Positions 40,653 to 54,146 of a stretch of DNA of 64,000 nucleotides are shown here, piece after piece. How positions within the stretch are numbered: position 1 is the stretch's first letter; each line of letters starts with the position of its first letter. Source of the DNA: Octopus sinensis (Eukaryota); contig NC_042999.1 of NCBI RefSeq assembly GCF_006345805.1, forward strand, positions 141,484,001 through 141,548,000, read 5' to 3'. Below the pieces are notes generated by a model, which made no database searches, had not been told where the DNA came from, and was given only the letters and a program-made list of their open reading frames with translations. The position numbers and the translations under genes are program-made.

Positions 40653-40788
40653 CTGCAGCTATGGCACCGATCAAAGGTAGGATGCACAGCTGGAAGGGAT
40701 AGTTCCAAGCGCCCATTATTAAAACAACACCCAAAGGTTCAGGTTTAACAAAACAGTCATCCATTATGTTTAATAAACCTCGATCAAC
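40653..40788 (-). CDS. ALDH3: ALDH3-like exon (VDRGLLN...[18 protein letters not shown]...GAIAAG)
   Basis: 136 nt, |gtgagt donor; EPLGV...WNYP ALDH motif. Confidence 0.95.
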
Positions 40789-41093
40789 CTGTGATTGAAG
40801 TAAGAAAGTGAAGGTTTTAAAGAAAAATTAAGATGTTTTACTCTAATGTAATGATGGGAATAAAAATTTGTTAAATTAACACAAAATCATGAATTTGGAA
40901 GGGAAATGCCCTTCCTACCAACTTTTTAAAAGAGTGTGTGAGGCACATATCTATAAATTTATGTATGTATATTCATTCATTCTAACATGTGTAGGACAGG
41001 AACTTATCAGAAGCAAAATTTGCTCTTCTTGTTGCTAATATATCAATGTATCATGTATCATCACCTTGATATACATATATATCTATATCTATA

Positions 41094-41128
<35 letters not shown>

Positions 41129-41191
41129 TGGTAAAAACGTTAAGATAACAAAAGAAAGAAAGAGACCTCAATATTATGTAAATAGAGGATG

Positions 41192-41260
41192 GCCAGATAA
41201 CTGAAAGATGGCGTTGTGGATTTCCACTTCGGCATCCGAAACTCAGAGTTTTATCTTGGC
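41192..41260 (+). ncRNA. Hammerhead-like fold with shortened core
   Basis: GCCAGATAA CTGAAA GATGGCG tt GTGGA tt TCCAC tt CGGCATC C GAAA CTC A GAG TT TTATCTTGGC; all three stems pair. Confidence 0.6.
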
Positions 41261-41608
41261 TATTGAATAATGGTAACATATTAATTTACAGATATATATG
41301 TAATATTATAACAATAATTAATTAATTAATTAATTATTGTTATAATAATATATAAAAAAACTGTTTGCATAAGTTTTTACCGAATATGGTTCTTTTCCAT
41401 ACCGAAACTACTTTGGTAAAATTTGTTAATTTATTAAATTAATAATTTTTTTACCCTATGTCTGTAATGAGTATATATATATATATATATATAGCAATTA
41501 AGGACAACTACTTAATAAGGAAAACTTAACAAGAAATTGTCAGGTAGATAGCGTGAAAACCTCATAAGAGAAAAAATTTCGAAAATAATTATTTCTTATT
41601 GAACATAT

Positions 41609-41668
41609 TAATTTATATATAGAGGGCATTATACATATGTATGTATAATGCCCTCTATATATAAATTA
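41609..41668. repeat. Perfect 28-bp-arm hairpin
   Basis: taatttatatatagagggcattatacat-atgt-atgtataatgccctctatatataaatta. Confidence 0.9.
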
Positions 41669-41895
41669 TATATATATATATATATATATACTTCTTCTTT
41701 TACTTGTTTCAGTCATTTGACTGCAGCCATGCTGGAATACCACCTTTAGTTGAGCAAATCAACCCCAGGACTTATTCTTTATAAGCCTAGTGCTTATTTT
41801 ATTGGTCTCTTTTGCTGAACCGCTAAGTTATGGGGACATAAACGCACCAGCATCAGTTATCAAGCAATGCTGTGGGGACAAACACAGACACACAA

Positions 41896-41956
<61 letters not shown>

Positions 41957-42414
41957 CAATGGGCTTTTTACAGTTTCCATCTACCAAATTCACTCACAAG
42001 GATTTGGTCAGCCGAGGCTATAGCAGAAGACACTTGCCCAAGGTACCATGCAGTGGACTGAGCCTGGAACCATGTGGTTAGTAAGCAAGCTACTTACCAC
42101 ACAGTCACTCCTGCACCTATATATATATATATATATATGTAAGTCGTCTAAGAGTCCATAAGTCAAAATAAAAATGCACTCAAATAGCTGTCAATTGAGT
42201 GGGTATATTATCCGAAGTGTACAGTATTATATATCCATTACGACCAATCTTCGCGCTAGGGATTCAGTGAACTGTTATGTAGCAACCTGGTTATGTAACC
42301 CTGCACTCATCAGAGGTAGCCATTGTAGAATGAAATATTTCGACTGCTCTTATATATAAATGTATATCATCATCATCATCATCATCATTGTCATCATTGT
42401 CATCATCATCATTA

Positions 42415-43067
42415 TCATTTAATGTCTGTTCTCCTTGCTGGCATGGGTTGGACGGTTTGACTAGGGCTGGTAAGCTGAGGGATTACACCAGATTCCAGTC
42501 TGATTTGGCATGGTTTCTACAGCTGGATGCCCTTGCTCATGCCAACCATTCTGAGAGTGTAATGGTGCTTTTACATGTCACTTTCACAACTGCAATTTCA
42601 TTTGGCTTGATAAGTCTTCTTCTCAAGCATGGCATATTGCCAAAGGTCTCAGTCATTTGTCATTGCCTCCATGAGGCCCAACGCTTGAAAGGTGCTTTTT
42701 ACATGTCACCAGCATTGGCTACATTGCTTCCAAGAGGCCTAATGCTCAAAAGGTGTTTTTTATGTGCCACCAGCACAGGCGCCAGTTATGTGATACTAGC
42801 ATTGGACATGACTATGATTTCACTTGGCTTGATGGTTCTCCTCAAGCATGACATATTACCAAAGGTCTCAGTCACTAGTCATTGTCTCAGTGAGGACCAA
42901 AGTTTGAAGATCATGCTTCACCACCTCGTCTCATGTCTTCCTGGGTCTATCTCTACCACAGGTTCTCTCCACAGTTAGAAATTGGCACTTTTTAACACAA
43001 CTATCCTCATCCATACACATTACATGACCGTACCAGTGCAGTCGTCTCTCTTGCACACCACATCTGC
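42415..43067 (-). mobile_element. RTE 3' end with multi-unit tail and (GAT)n
   Basis: RCGVQERRL.WYGHV...RPRKT followed by tail units. Confidence 0.85.
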
Positions 43068-43248
43068 ATATATATACACACACCAAGGTTCCTATTTTGA
43101 TTCCAAGCAGTGACCTGAATGATAATAATAATGACATCGAAAAATATCTTAGCAATGAGAACCCAGGTTCTTGATATAGCCATTCTCCATGATAGATCGC
43201 TAGCCACTAAACCTTTTTTATTTTCTCTCCTTGCGTATTTCTGTGTTC

Positions 43249-43284
43249 CATTCTGTCGAAGAGCATAGGCTCAAAACGTAAAAG
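43249..43284 (+). ncRNA. Degenerate minimal hammerhead-like motif in a dispersed repeat (about 43083-43372)
   Basis: CATT CTGTCGA A GAGC atag GCTC AAAA C GTA AAAG; downstream part also at 1608-1707. Confidence 0.55.
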
Positions 43285-46074
43285 ACTTTCTCACTTCCCG
43301 AGCGTTTAAGTAATACACCTGTTTGTTGTTTACACACCCATCTTCGTCTTTTGTTTTTTTGTAAATTCTCACTATATATATATGCGTGTGGTTGTGAACT
43401 GAATTATTCAACCACATACCTATACCTATACCTATATCTGTACTGGAAATTACAGTGGCTCTACACTGTATGACCATTTCCTTTAAGATTTATCAGTTTA
43501 TATATTTTTGTAGTTCTAGTTATCTATCTGACTTTGTGATTACCCAATATTGGACAGTGAAACATACAAATAAGTGTTCCTGTTTATACCTCATATACCA
43601 ATCATCTCCATGTTCTACTAGACAATATTCTTTACTGGTTTTTAAAGAAAGAGTTGTAGACATTCTTGATGTAGTCATATTTTGTATTTTATAGGAAAAA
43701 TACTCAGCAAATTAACATACTAGAGAAAAATACATAGAAAATTATGTATTGTTGTGCCAATAACATATAAAGAAATTGATTCAAATTTTGCTTTAAATTA
43801 TGTTTTCAAGATGAGGAAATCTTTGAGAGAACTGTTAAGAAATCTTTGTTCACTCTAAACTTTAAATATCAGTTGCTGTCATATAATTTTATTCAACTTT
43901 AGAAAATGAAATTTTTTAAAATGATAACAATGTTTATTATTCAACATTGTTAATATTTTGTTAATTAGTTATGTAATGCAAAGGTAAAGTCTTAAAGACT
44001 TTTTAAATAAACTACTTCATCTTTTCTCATGATTACTACAACTACCCATAAACCAAATAACCATATTTAATTTGTTTGCTAAACTTAAGTCCAAACAATA
44101 ATTAGTTCTGTAAATTAGTTTTCTCAGACTGCATATTGATTTAATTAGTTTCAGTAGTGTTGCTGTTATTTGAGTTGTTTCAAAACAGGTCATAGTGATG
44201 CAATCAAAGCAATTTATGCCCATGCAAAAAACACTGTAATTAGGTATTTTTACTGGAAAATTGTCTCCAAGGCCAGTCCATCGAGCACTCAGTACAGTCC
44301 AGTTACACCAAAGACAACAGACAGTAGGCTTGTAGCCAAACAATCAACTTCTGATGAAAAAATTCAAGGTTAATAACCAGTCTACAGTCTGTGGCTATCT
44401 CGTCAAATGACAGAGCAATCGATTGAATATTGTATTTATTTCATACAAGCCAAATAAATTGCCTGACTTTTTATAATGAGAAGCAGCCATCACTTGGTAT
44501 TATATGATGAGTTATGATGGTGATGCTTTGCTCATTAGTATTATTAGTAATACCAAGAAGAATAATGCAAAAGAAATAAGGTAAGAAAAAATAAAGAAAG
44601 AAGAATTCGCAAGGTTGATTTTGACTAAAACTTTGAGATTTTTAGTTAATTTATAAAACTTAGAGTTTTGAACCAAAAGTTAGAAAAAAGGAGTCAATAA
44701 AATATTTTCTGAAATTTAAATGGTTTCAGAAAATAAAACTCTTCAATTGCAGTAGGCAATAGATATTTCTTTGATAGCTGAAAACTATCTGATTTTTTAA
44801 ATCACCAGAGGATGTTGAAAGGTCTTTCTTTTTTGTGTAACATTAATGATAGTTTATATTTCTCAGAAGATCATAAGAAAATTTGAGCCCAGCCCTGCTA
44901 GTTCGTAAAACTCTTACCAGCCATAACAGTATCTTTATGATGACTTATTGGAACCTAATTACAGTTGCCTGAGTTGCACAGCAAAAGATAAGTATCTCAC
45001 CTGTAACACAGGATAATGAGTAAAAGGATATGAATTATTAACTCTTCAACTGGGAGGTAACTAAACTTATTGACCCCACAAAATTTATATTTATAGCTTA
45101 TGTCTACGAGATTATAGCTGTTGGCAACTACTTAAACAATTTTTAAATGTCAATATACAAAACACACTATATAGACATTAATTTGCTAGAAAAACATCAA
45201 AACCTCTAAATATTCAGGATGAAAAATATTACTTGCTGGATTTTATTATTGAAGTTCAATTCCTGTTGGAGACATATTTGGCTGTCTTCTCTTCAGGATC
45301 AACTTTTACAGAATGATAGATCTTTTCTGTATAAAACTGGAGATTTTCTGACTTTTAGGTAATTTTTCTGGAATTAAGAATTCCATTTTGCCTTATTGGT
45401 ATTTCATAAAAATCTATTCTTCAAGATATATCATAACAAATTTTTATTTGCTTGCTACTCATATCTGTATGTTCTATATTAACTATACATGAGTTGGTTA
45501 TTTCAACTAAACTCCATTTAAGATGTTATATTAAAAAAGAATGTGGGGTGGGCAGAGAGCAAGACAAGGTTAAATCAATGCTATCAAAAAGTAGAATGGA
45601 CAAATTCAGTACAGCCAATGTCCAGTCTTGTATCCAACTACCAACTTCTGCTGCCTTGTAGATAAGTTTAGAAAATAAAAATGTAAGTGAGTGTACCATA
45701 AGAAAAAAAAAAGAGAAAACAATTGTTTAGTAAGCTTAGCACTCATATCATAGATAGTTCTTCATTTAAATAGAGCTCTTGCAGACTTTTATTGTTGTGA
45801 ATACTTTTTTCTTTACACTACTTCAAAGGCTGTGGTATCAAAATATGGGCAGGCTCCAAGACATTTTAAATTGTTTATGCTACACATATATCAGCGTTCC
45901 TTTGCATGTGCATCTTATGTAGACTTATGTAGCCTTTAGTGGCTTCAATCAACAACAGAAGGGAAGCATGGTAGTAGGGAGAGTTATCTAATTTTAGATA
46001 ATATTCACCATATATTTGAAATTTTACTTCAAGTAAAGTAAAAATAAATGAAAATGAAAATAAATAGGGTTTAC

Positions 46075-46170
46075 TTTTTCTGGTTCCATCCATTCTTTGA
46101 GACTGATTATAGCATCTAGTGCTTCCTTTCTGGCAAAAACCACTTCAAAAAACATTGCCTCATTTTTCGG
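46075..46170 (-). CDS. ALDH3: ALDH3-like exon (PKNEAMFFEV...LKEWMEPEK)
   Basis: cag| acceptor, |gtaaac donor; 96 nt, phase 0/0; L..WM.PE motif. Confidence 0.9.
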
Positions 46171-47063
46171 CTGTACCACCAATGATATAATGAAAATAAA
46201 CAAAAACATAATTTTTTAATAAGAAGTAAAAATAGCTCATCAGCAAAAACTAATAAAGCATTAATTTTCAGATTATAAATTTACAATCCAGCACATGCCA
46301 GCATGGAAAAAAGTGATGTAAAATGATATGTTGATTTTGAAATTAAAATTTGTTCAATATTTATAACTGCACTACACTTTCATTGACTTGATCTCTGATC
46401 ATCTTAGGAAATTTTTGTTACTAGTGGAGTTCATAGTTTTTTCTTTAATTTCTTATATAGGAATAAGGCCAATATTCATAATCCTTTCCAGGGTCTCCAA
46501 GCCTGGTGGAGGAGAGAGAGAGAGAGAGGAAAGTATCCTTAAACCAGAAGCCTGAGCCAAATGCTCACAACTAACTGGACTCCACTAAAAGTATTCAAAG
46601 ATCATATAGTGCTGCTAAATTGATTAAATTCATCACTCATGTAGGTTATAACAGGATTTGAGCTCAGAATGCAAGGAGACAGAATAAATACTATTCTAAA
46701 AATTCTGTCAGTTCACTGCCCTAGACTGGTACTTCATATATCAAACCCTGAAGGACGAAAAGTAAAGTTGGCTTTGGCAAAGTTTGAACTCAGAAAGTGG
46801 AGAACTGGAATAAATGCTACTGACACTCTGATATCTCTGCCAACTTTAACCCGGCATCATTATTTCTAAGCTACAGGTAATAACATTTGTGTCAACTAAG
46901 CCACTAGATCTAAACTTGTGGCCACTAGATTTAAAGATGAGATAACAAAAAATTATATTCTTATTAACATTCTATCTCTGACTTTCATTTTAAATATTGG
47001 CAAAAAATATTAATTCAAGTGTTTTAGATTTTGGTAATTTTTGAAAAATTCAGTAATACTTAC

Positions 47064-47207
47064 CCTATGTAAATCTTTCACAAGAGCGTCTTCAATTTCT
47101 TGTTGACATTCAGTCAACATTTTCATAATTTTTGACAGCTGGTGAAGTCTCCATTCCACTGGAAGTGTACAACCAGTAGAAAAATTCTGCCGCAGTTCTT
47201 TGACAAT
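47064..47207 (-). CDS. ALDH3: ALDH3/fatty aldehyde dehydrogenase-like, first recognisable coding exon (IVKELRQNFSTG...DALVKDLHR)
   Basis: tag|ATT acceptor, AGG|gtaagt donor; 144 nt, phase 0/0; resembles the ALDH3 N-terminal helix (R..QL...DL.R). The start codon must lie in an upstream exon. Confidence 0.88.
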
Positions 47208-48273
47208 CTAGAAAACAGACAATTTAAATACGATTTCTTTGAAATTTTACTTCAAAATAAGAAAATATGTAAACAAAAGTTAAGAGAAAGCTAGAAATAG
47301 GTGATTCTTGATTGCTTATCTTCTAGTTAAGACACAATTACATTAAAATATCATCTTCCTAGCATTCATCCTTTTCCCTTCTACTTTGAGAAGCAAAACT
47401 TTGATTTCATCATTAAGCTAAATAACAAAATTTTAGATATTTAATAAAAAAAATTAAATCAAATCATAACTGAATATTGAGTGATTATTGAAGATTGCTT
47501 GAGTGTTCTCCGTTTAATTCTTTTTTTTTTTTTAAATATTTTCTGATTAATTTTCAATGTTTCAATGATTTTCAACTTATTCTGATTCATTTTAACTTCT
47601 CAATGTTTATCACTCTTTTTATGCTTTTGTCTTCTTTTAAGTATGTATATACGATACTAAATTATATTTCATTTTTTATCAAGAATTCTTTATTGAAAAG
47701 TATGATTTTGTAATACAATATTTTTGAGAATAAACTAAATTTTGTTTATTTGTTTGTCTGTCCCTCTTTCCCTCCACTCATCTCTCCTTCCTTCTTTCCT
47801 TCCTTCCAACCTTCTATTTTACTGTCTCTACATACTGAATTTAATGATCCATTAAGCCCAAGGAATCACAAGGGTAACCATGAGTGATAGACCTTGAACA
47901 ATAACATGACTGGACATGGATCAATGAGAGTACCTCTATGTGTTTGCTGAACCTGCTAGAAATTGCAGGCAAATCTCTCTAACACAACATCCTTCTATCT
48001 TATAACAGTACAAAAGGACTCATTGATTTAATGCTGTCTTTGGTATACTATTCCAGAAGAAAAGGTGCTCTGTCATGGTTAGGACTATTTCCACTTCAAT
48101 CAGTCACAGAGAAAATTCAATCCGTCTCAGTACTAAAAAGTAACAAAATGCAGGTTGAGAAAGCCTTTAAATGGTTGCATGACCTTCTAAAATTAACAGC
48201 CAAACTAAGATCAATGACTTCTCTTTGGGTTACTTCCATTAAATAATGTACTCATAAATACACTATAACTTGA

Positions 48274-48325
<52 letters not shown>

Positions 48326-49948
48326 GCTATGTATCTTTCCAGCAACTGCACAAATGGTGGGACACAATATTTCACATACAAATTCTTGGTCAGCAGTCTG
48401 CTTTCCAAATTCTAAATCTAGTTAACTCAGAATAAAAACAGTTTATCAATTCACTAATGAACTTAGAAGAATAGATCCTATTAAATTTTACTTATAAATA
48501 TTTTTGTGTAGTATAAACTAGAAAGTAGACCCCCTTCGATCATGAATGACCATGGAATTACACCTAGAAAGTTCCTCTCTGAGGGACAAGTCTGGGCAAG
48601 GATGTTTATAGAAGACTAGCAGTTGGTTATACATACTAGCCTCTCCTCTCCACACCACCACTGTTATTCAAGGGAAAGGCAAAGGCCAATACAGCTTGGC
48701 ACCAGTGATGTCTCAACTCATTTCTATAGCTGAGTGAACAGGATTAACATGAAATGAAGTGTTTTGCTTAAGAACACAACACACAACCTGGTCTGGCAAC
48801 AGAAAAAGTCAGCTTGTCCTCAGCAAGACCAAAGACTCCGCTTTACATTATCTTCATTTACCAACCACTTACGGTGTGAACAGGATGCATTTTATTGTGG
48901 CACCAACATTGGAGAGATTGTCTTGTCCTTACCAAGACAAAAAAAGTCATTCTATCCTACATTGTTTCCATTTGTTCATCAGTATCAGAAAAGGTGTCTC
49001 CCTCATTCTGTAAGAGTAAAAGGGATCTTCTTTCCTGCAGTGTCACCATTCATTCCTTGTTCCCTTGTTCTCCTATGCAATTGAATGGCAAGTAAGCCAT
49101 AACAAGATGATGAGAGAAGAAAAACTAACAGAATAGAACTAGTGTGTTAGGAGTGAATGGGTTGTAGAAGAGAGAGTAATAAAGAAGTGAGAACTAATTG
49201 CCTCTGACACGTAACATGAAAACTAATCTTTTGACAATGAATCCTGTCAAGAGTTAAGTGACATTTCATACTGTTAATATTTTTTTCTAAGGTAGCATGT
49301 ATTGGAGCACAGAGCTGTGAATTTTGCTGAATTATTGGAGCAAATATTTCCAAGGTGATGATATTCAGCTGTCATTGGTTAAGTCAATTGTTTAACAAAT
49401 GTTGACACCATGAAGGCATACGGCCAATCATAGAAGCTTTAGCAAGATCCTTAAGTGTTTCACTCACTTGCAATGTTGAGTTCAAATTCTTTCAAAGAGA
49501 AAAGTAACTGGAATGTTTTAACATTCATTGTTTTTTAAAGTATATTGGCAGCATGAAGAAATCAAGTAGAGTGGAGAGCATCTCAAAGAAATTGAAACTA
49601 GGTTACAGATTTGTTTCAGCTGATCTGGAGTTTTCTTCATACACAGTATACAATACATATATTGTAGTACTTACTGCAGCCAAATCTCAGTAACAGCAAG
49701 GGCATGAGCTAAGGAGGTAACATCTACATGGTTATTCAGACTACTAGAAATAGTGGCCAAATCTCCATGTAATCACACCTTAATGGATAAGGTGGTCCCA
49801 GATACATTGTGTCTGAATAAAAAAATCAAGATAACCATGGCTGGAATGCCTTTGATCATGGATCTGTTTGATCAGTGAACAACTCTTCATATGAGTGAAA
49901 GCTCATCAAGCAATGATAAAAGTCACCTACACACATACACACATGCAT

Positions 49949-49985
<37 letters not shown>

Positions 49986-50439
49986 ACACACACACACACA
50001 CACACACGCACACACACATGCACACTGTTCAATTAGAGGTCAGTGAGAGCAAGATCTGAGAGAGAGAGGTGGGTGGGACTGTTTTCTACATTTCTTCTAT
50101 ACACAGTAATTAAGTTGAGGTGGTGCAGTGTAAGTAACAAAGTCCAAAACGAAGAGTAATTTCATTTGAAATGAGTTGAACCTTGTTGACACTTGTTGAA
50201 CCTACTATCTATCTATCTATAGAAGCCTGAGAAGTATTGAGGCCAGAGAAAAGGCAGGACAAGCAGATACATTGCTATAGTGTTTGTCCTCAAATATAAT
50301 AGTGTCTTAGAAAAGAGACTCAATAATAATAATAATAATAATAATAATCAAAATATCAACAACTAAAGGCACCAACAAATAAAACAAAGAGAATTCCAGA
50401 AAGTGGAAGTGGTTCTTGACAACTGTGGAGGAAAGAGTG

Positions 50440-50870
50440 ATAGTTGCAATGCGGTAGTAGTAAGAGTAGCAGTAGTAGTTGTCATAGTAATAACAGTGGT
50501 AAAAGTAGTGGTGGTGGTATTGGCAGCAGACTTGGTAGTGGTGGTAGTGGTGGTGGTGGTTGTAGCTGTGGTGTGTTAGCAGCAGCAGTGACTGAAGAGG
50601 GACAACGGAGGAAGGTGGGGCATGAAGAAGAGAAGGACAAAGAAAGAGGACGGTACAGAGGATGAAGACTCAAGAACTGAAGAAGACAGGGAAAGAGAAA
50701 GGAGAGAAATGAGGGAATTAAAGAAGAAGGAAGAGGAGGCGAAGAAGAAAAAGGAAGAGGAAGACGCCAGGAGGAGGAAGAAAAAGAAAGACGAGGAAGA
50801 GCAGGAGGAACGGAGGAAAAGAGAAAAGAGAGAAAAAGAAGAGATAAGGAGGAAGAAGAGAAAGAAATAG
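50440..50870. repeat. Low-complexity (GTG/AGT)n and GA-rich tract
   Basis: Simple-repeat composition. Confidence 0.8.
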
Positions 50871-51914
50871 CAAGGTGACTGGGGTGAGTGAACAATTATG
50901 TCAGTATATTATATACACCCTTTCAAATACATGCCTCACTTTCAATCCATGATTACCTAACCCACATACATCCCAATTTCCAAATCATGTCTCCTTCCTT
51001 CCAATCCATATCTTCTTTCTAAGTCAGCCCTTCTTTCAACTTACTCCCTTTAGCATGTGTCCCCTTGCAATAGATTATTATCTCACCTCTACAACATACT
51101 TCTCATTTCCAACAGGTCTCTATTTCCAATTTATCTAAACCTTACAATATGTTCACCTTCTTCAAATACATATTGTCCTCTCAACTCATATCTTACTTTT
51201 CAAAATATGTCTCCAGTTTCCAATACATCCCTTACCAAGAATCTTTTTCTCTTTTTTTCTCTCTTTCTACCACATAATTCTATTTTGTAACACTATTTCT
51301 TTAAAAAAAATATCTTGTATGAAATGTCTAAATGTCTGAGATTGCTGTTTATAGATTATAATCTTCTAGGCTTTTAATCTCATCTTTAGAGCATATAAGC
51401 ATGTCTTACTGGGTTGAATAAGCTGTTGCTACAAGGTGTCTTAAATCTCATGACAATTGACAATGGACATGGTTCAAAACTGGATTCAAACTAAGGAAGT
51501 AAATTAAGGACTGTGACTTAATTATCCACAACTCTCAGTTTAGAAATAAGTGCCAGTATGAGGCCATGTTATATATACACAGGAATAAATCTGATGACAT
51601 GTAGGCATCCAAATGACTGGAGCAAAACATGGTATCAATCTAAATATTGTAAATATATATTCTAAACCTGAAGTTAACTATAATCTGAAATGCCCATCAT
51701 TTCTAACTAATGTATTCTAATAAAATATGGCTCCACATCCTTCCTATCTTTATTCCCTTCATACTTACATCTTTCATTTCCAATGTGTGTCTTTATTTTC
51801 TATAAATGTCCCATCTTCCAAATCAACTAATCTTTCTAATACATTTGGTACTTACACACAATCGTATTTTGATATCCCTTTTCACGTAAAATACACCAAT
51901 CCGACCATACGACA

Positions 51915-52327
51915 GGCACCCATGCCAACCCCCTTTGCTTGTGAAGACATGTTGGGGCAAGCGAAATCGAAATCGAAATCGAATTGAACCAGCCAGGATC
52001 CCTGGTCTGGTGGTACGTAAAAAGCACTAGCCGACTCGTGGCTGATGCCAGCACCGCCTCAACTGGGTTCCGTGCCGGTGGCACATAAAATACACCAATC
52101 CGACCATGGCCGTTGCCAGCCTCACTTCGCACTTGTGCAGGTGGCACGTAAAAAGCACCCACTACACTCACGGAGTGGTTGGCGTTAGGAAGGCATCCAG
52201 CTGTAGAAACATTGCCAGATAAGACTGGAGCCTGGTGCAGCCTTCTGGCTTCCCAGATCCCCGGTCGAACCGTCCAACCCATGCTAGCATGGAGAACGGA
52301 CGTTAAACGATGATGATGATGATGATG
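51915..52327 (+). mobile_element. Young RTE-tail retroposon with three hairpin units and a (GAT)n tail
   Basis: CpG-intact; matches 56100-56365. Confidence 0.85.
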
Positions 52328-52639
52328 TTCTTTCTTTAAAATGTATGATCATTTTCCCAACATAAATTCCAGACCCCCAACACATTTATCCCTTTCAACT
52401 TAAAAGTAAATCACTTAAGTGTACCCCAAACCTAATCTGTCCCTAACAACCCATCTTCCCCTACAGCTCATTTTCCTTAGACCCACCTCTTCCCCTACAC
52501 ATCTCTCTAACACCCAAAATACTTGCTGACCTCACTAGTGCTGGTGTCACATTAAAAAATAACACCCAGAGCACTCTGTAAAGTGGTTGGCATTAGGAAG
52601 GGTATTTGATTAATGAGAGAGACTAGTATATATAATATA

Positions 52640-53921
52640 TTGGGTCATCCCATAAATAATGCGGTTTTTTGAGTTGTATGAACTAAAAGTTGGAGGGGGA
52701 CAGGATAAACTACTTGCATCAACTTGCTATAAAAACAGGTAGTAATTTTGCCTTGTTCTCTTTCATAATGTAAGTTTTGAAGAGTGCAGTACGATTTATC
52801 AGTTATTTTTTCAAAGCTATAATAGGAGTGACAAAGGAGCATATTTGGCATATTTTTCTTTATGAGTTCAATAAAGGCAACCACAGAAAGTGTGAGGAAT
52901 ATTAATGCAGTAAATGGGGATCGGACAATAAGCATAAACCAGTGTCAACGATGGTTCCAGAAATTCCGAGCTGGAAACCACAGCCTAGAAGACAAGCCTC
53001 ATCCTGGAAGATCTGTAGAGCTTGATGAGGATGCCCTGCAAACCCTGGTGGAACAAAATCGCACCGTAACTGTTGAGGAACTAGCAGAGAAGATTGGATT
53101 TGGTCATTCAACCATTCATCGACACCTGCATGCCATAGGAAAAGTCAGCAAATTGGGTCAATGGGTTCCTCACAAACTTCCTGAGTTTAATCATGTGCAG
53201 AGAGTGAATGTGTACTCTTCTTTGCTATCATGTTTCATGAATGAACCTACTTTGGACTGAATAGTGACTGGTGATGAGAAATGGGTTCTCTATAAAAATT
53301 CCAAGTGCCAAAGACAGTGGGTAGGGAAAGGAGAAACACCAGCACCCCAGGCTAAAGAAGGTCTTCACCCATGTAAGGTGTTGTTATCTGTTTGGTGGGA
53401 TATGAAAGGTTTAGTCCACTTTGAACCTTTAAAACCAAACCAAATGATAACAAAGGAGATCTATTGTGAGCAGCTTGAGCACCTTAAGTCAGCGTTAGAA
53501 GACAAATGACCATCTTTGGTTTCGAGACTAAAGGTGTTCTTCCATCAGGATAATGCTCAGCCATATACAGCAAAGATAACATTCCAAAGGCTGGAACAGT
53601 TTGAATGGAAAACGATGCCCCACCCACCATATTCGCCAGACATTGCCCCATCTGATTATCATTAATTCTGCAGTCTTCAAAATCATTTGGATGGAAAAAA
53701 TATGAATTTTGCAAATGGGATCAGAACAGTACTGGAGGGGTATTTTTCGTTATGGACAAGTGAATTTTGGAAGAGGGGCCTTGCAAATCTACCACATAGA
53801 TGGAAAAGCATTGTAGAAAATGAAGGAGAATATATTTTAGGTTAAAAAAGAACTTTATTCATCTTAAATTTGAGAAATAAAAGAAGTATAAAAAAACTGC
53901 ATTATTTATGGGATGACCCAA
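52640..53921 (+). mobile_element. Full-length (1282 bp) inactive mariner transposon
   Basis: About 30-bp TIRs TTGGGTCATCCCATAAATAATGC.GTTTTTT with TA flanks; WVPHKL, TGDEKW, QDNA, YSPDIAPSDY motifs; in-frame stops at 53258 and 53507 plus frameshifts. Confidence 0.96.
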
Positions 53922-54061
53922 TATATATATACATATATATGTATATATTCATTTTTAGGAGTATAACTTTTAAGTAGAGAATGCTTTATCTACTTCAAGT
54001 TCTACATCTATAAATGAGTTATTACATGTTCTCTAAAAGTCTATAAACTCTTATGATGTTA

Positions 54062-54130
<69 letters not shown>

Positions 54131-54146
54131 CATATATATATATATA

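Noticed and set aside
50444-50895. Gly/Ser-rich and Lys/Glu-rich ORFs
   Set aside because: Low-complexity simple repeats with no splice or homology support.
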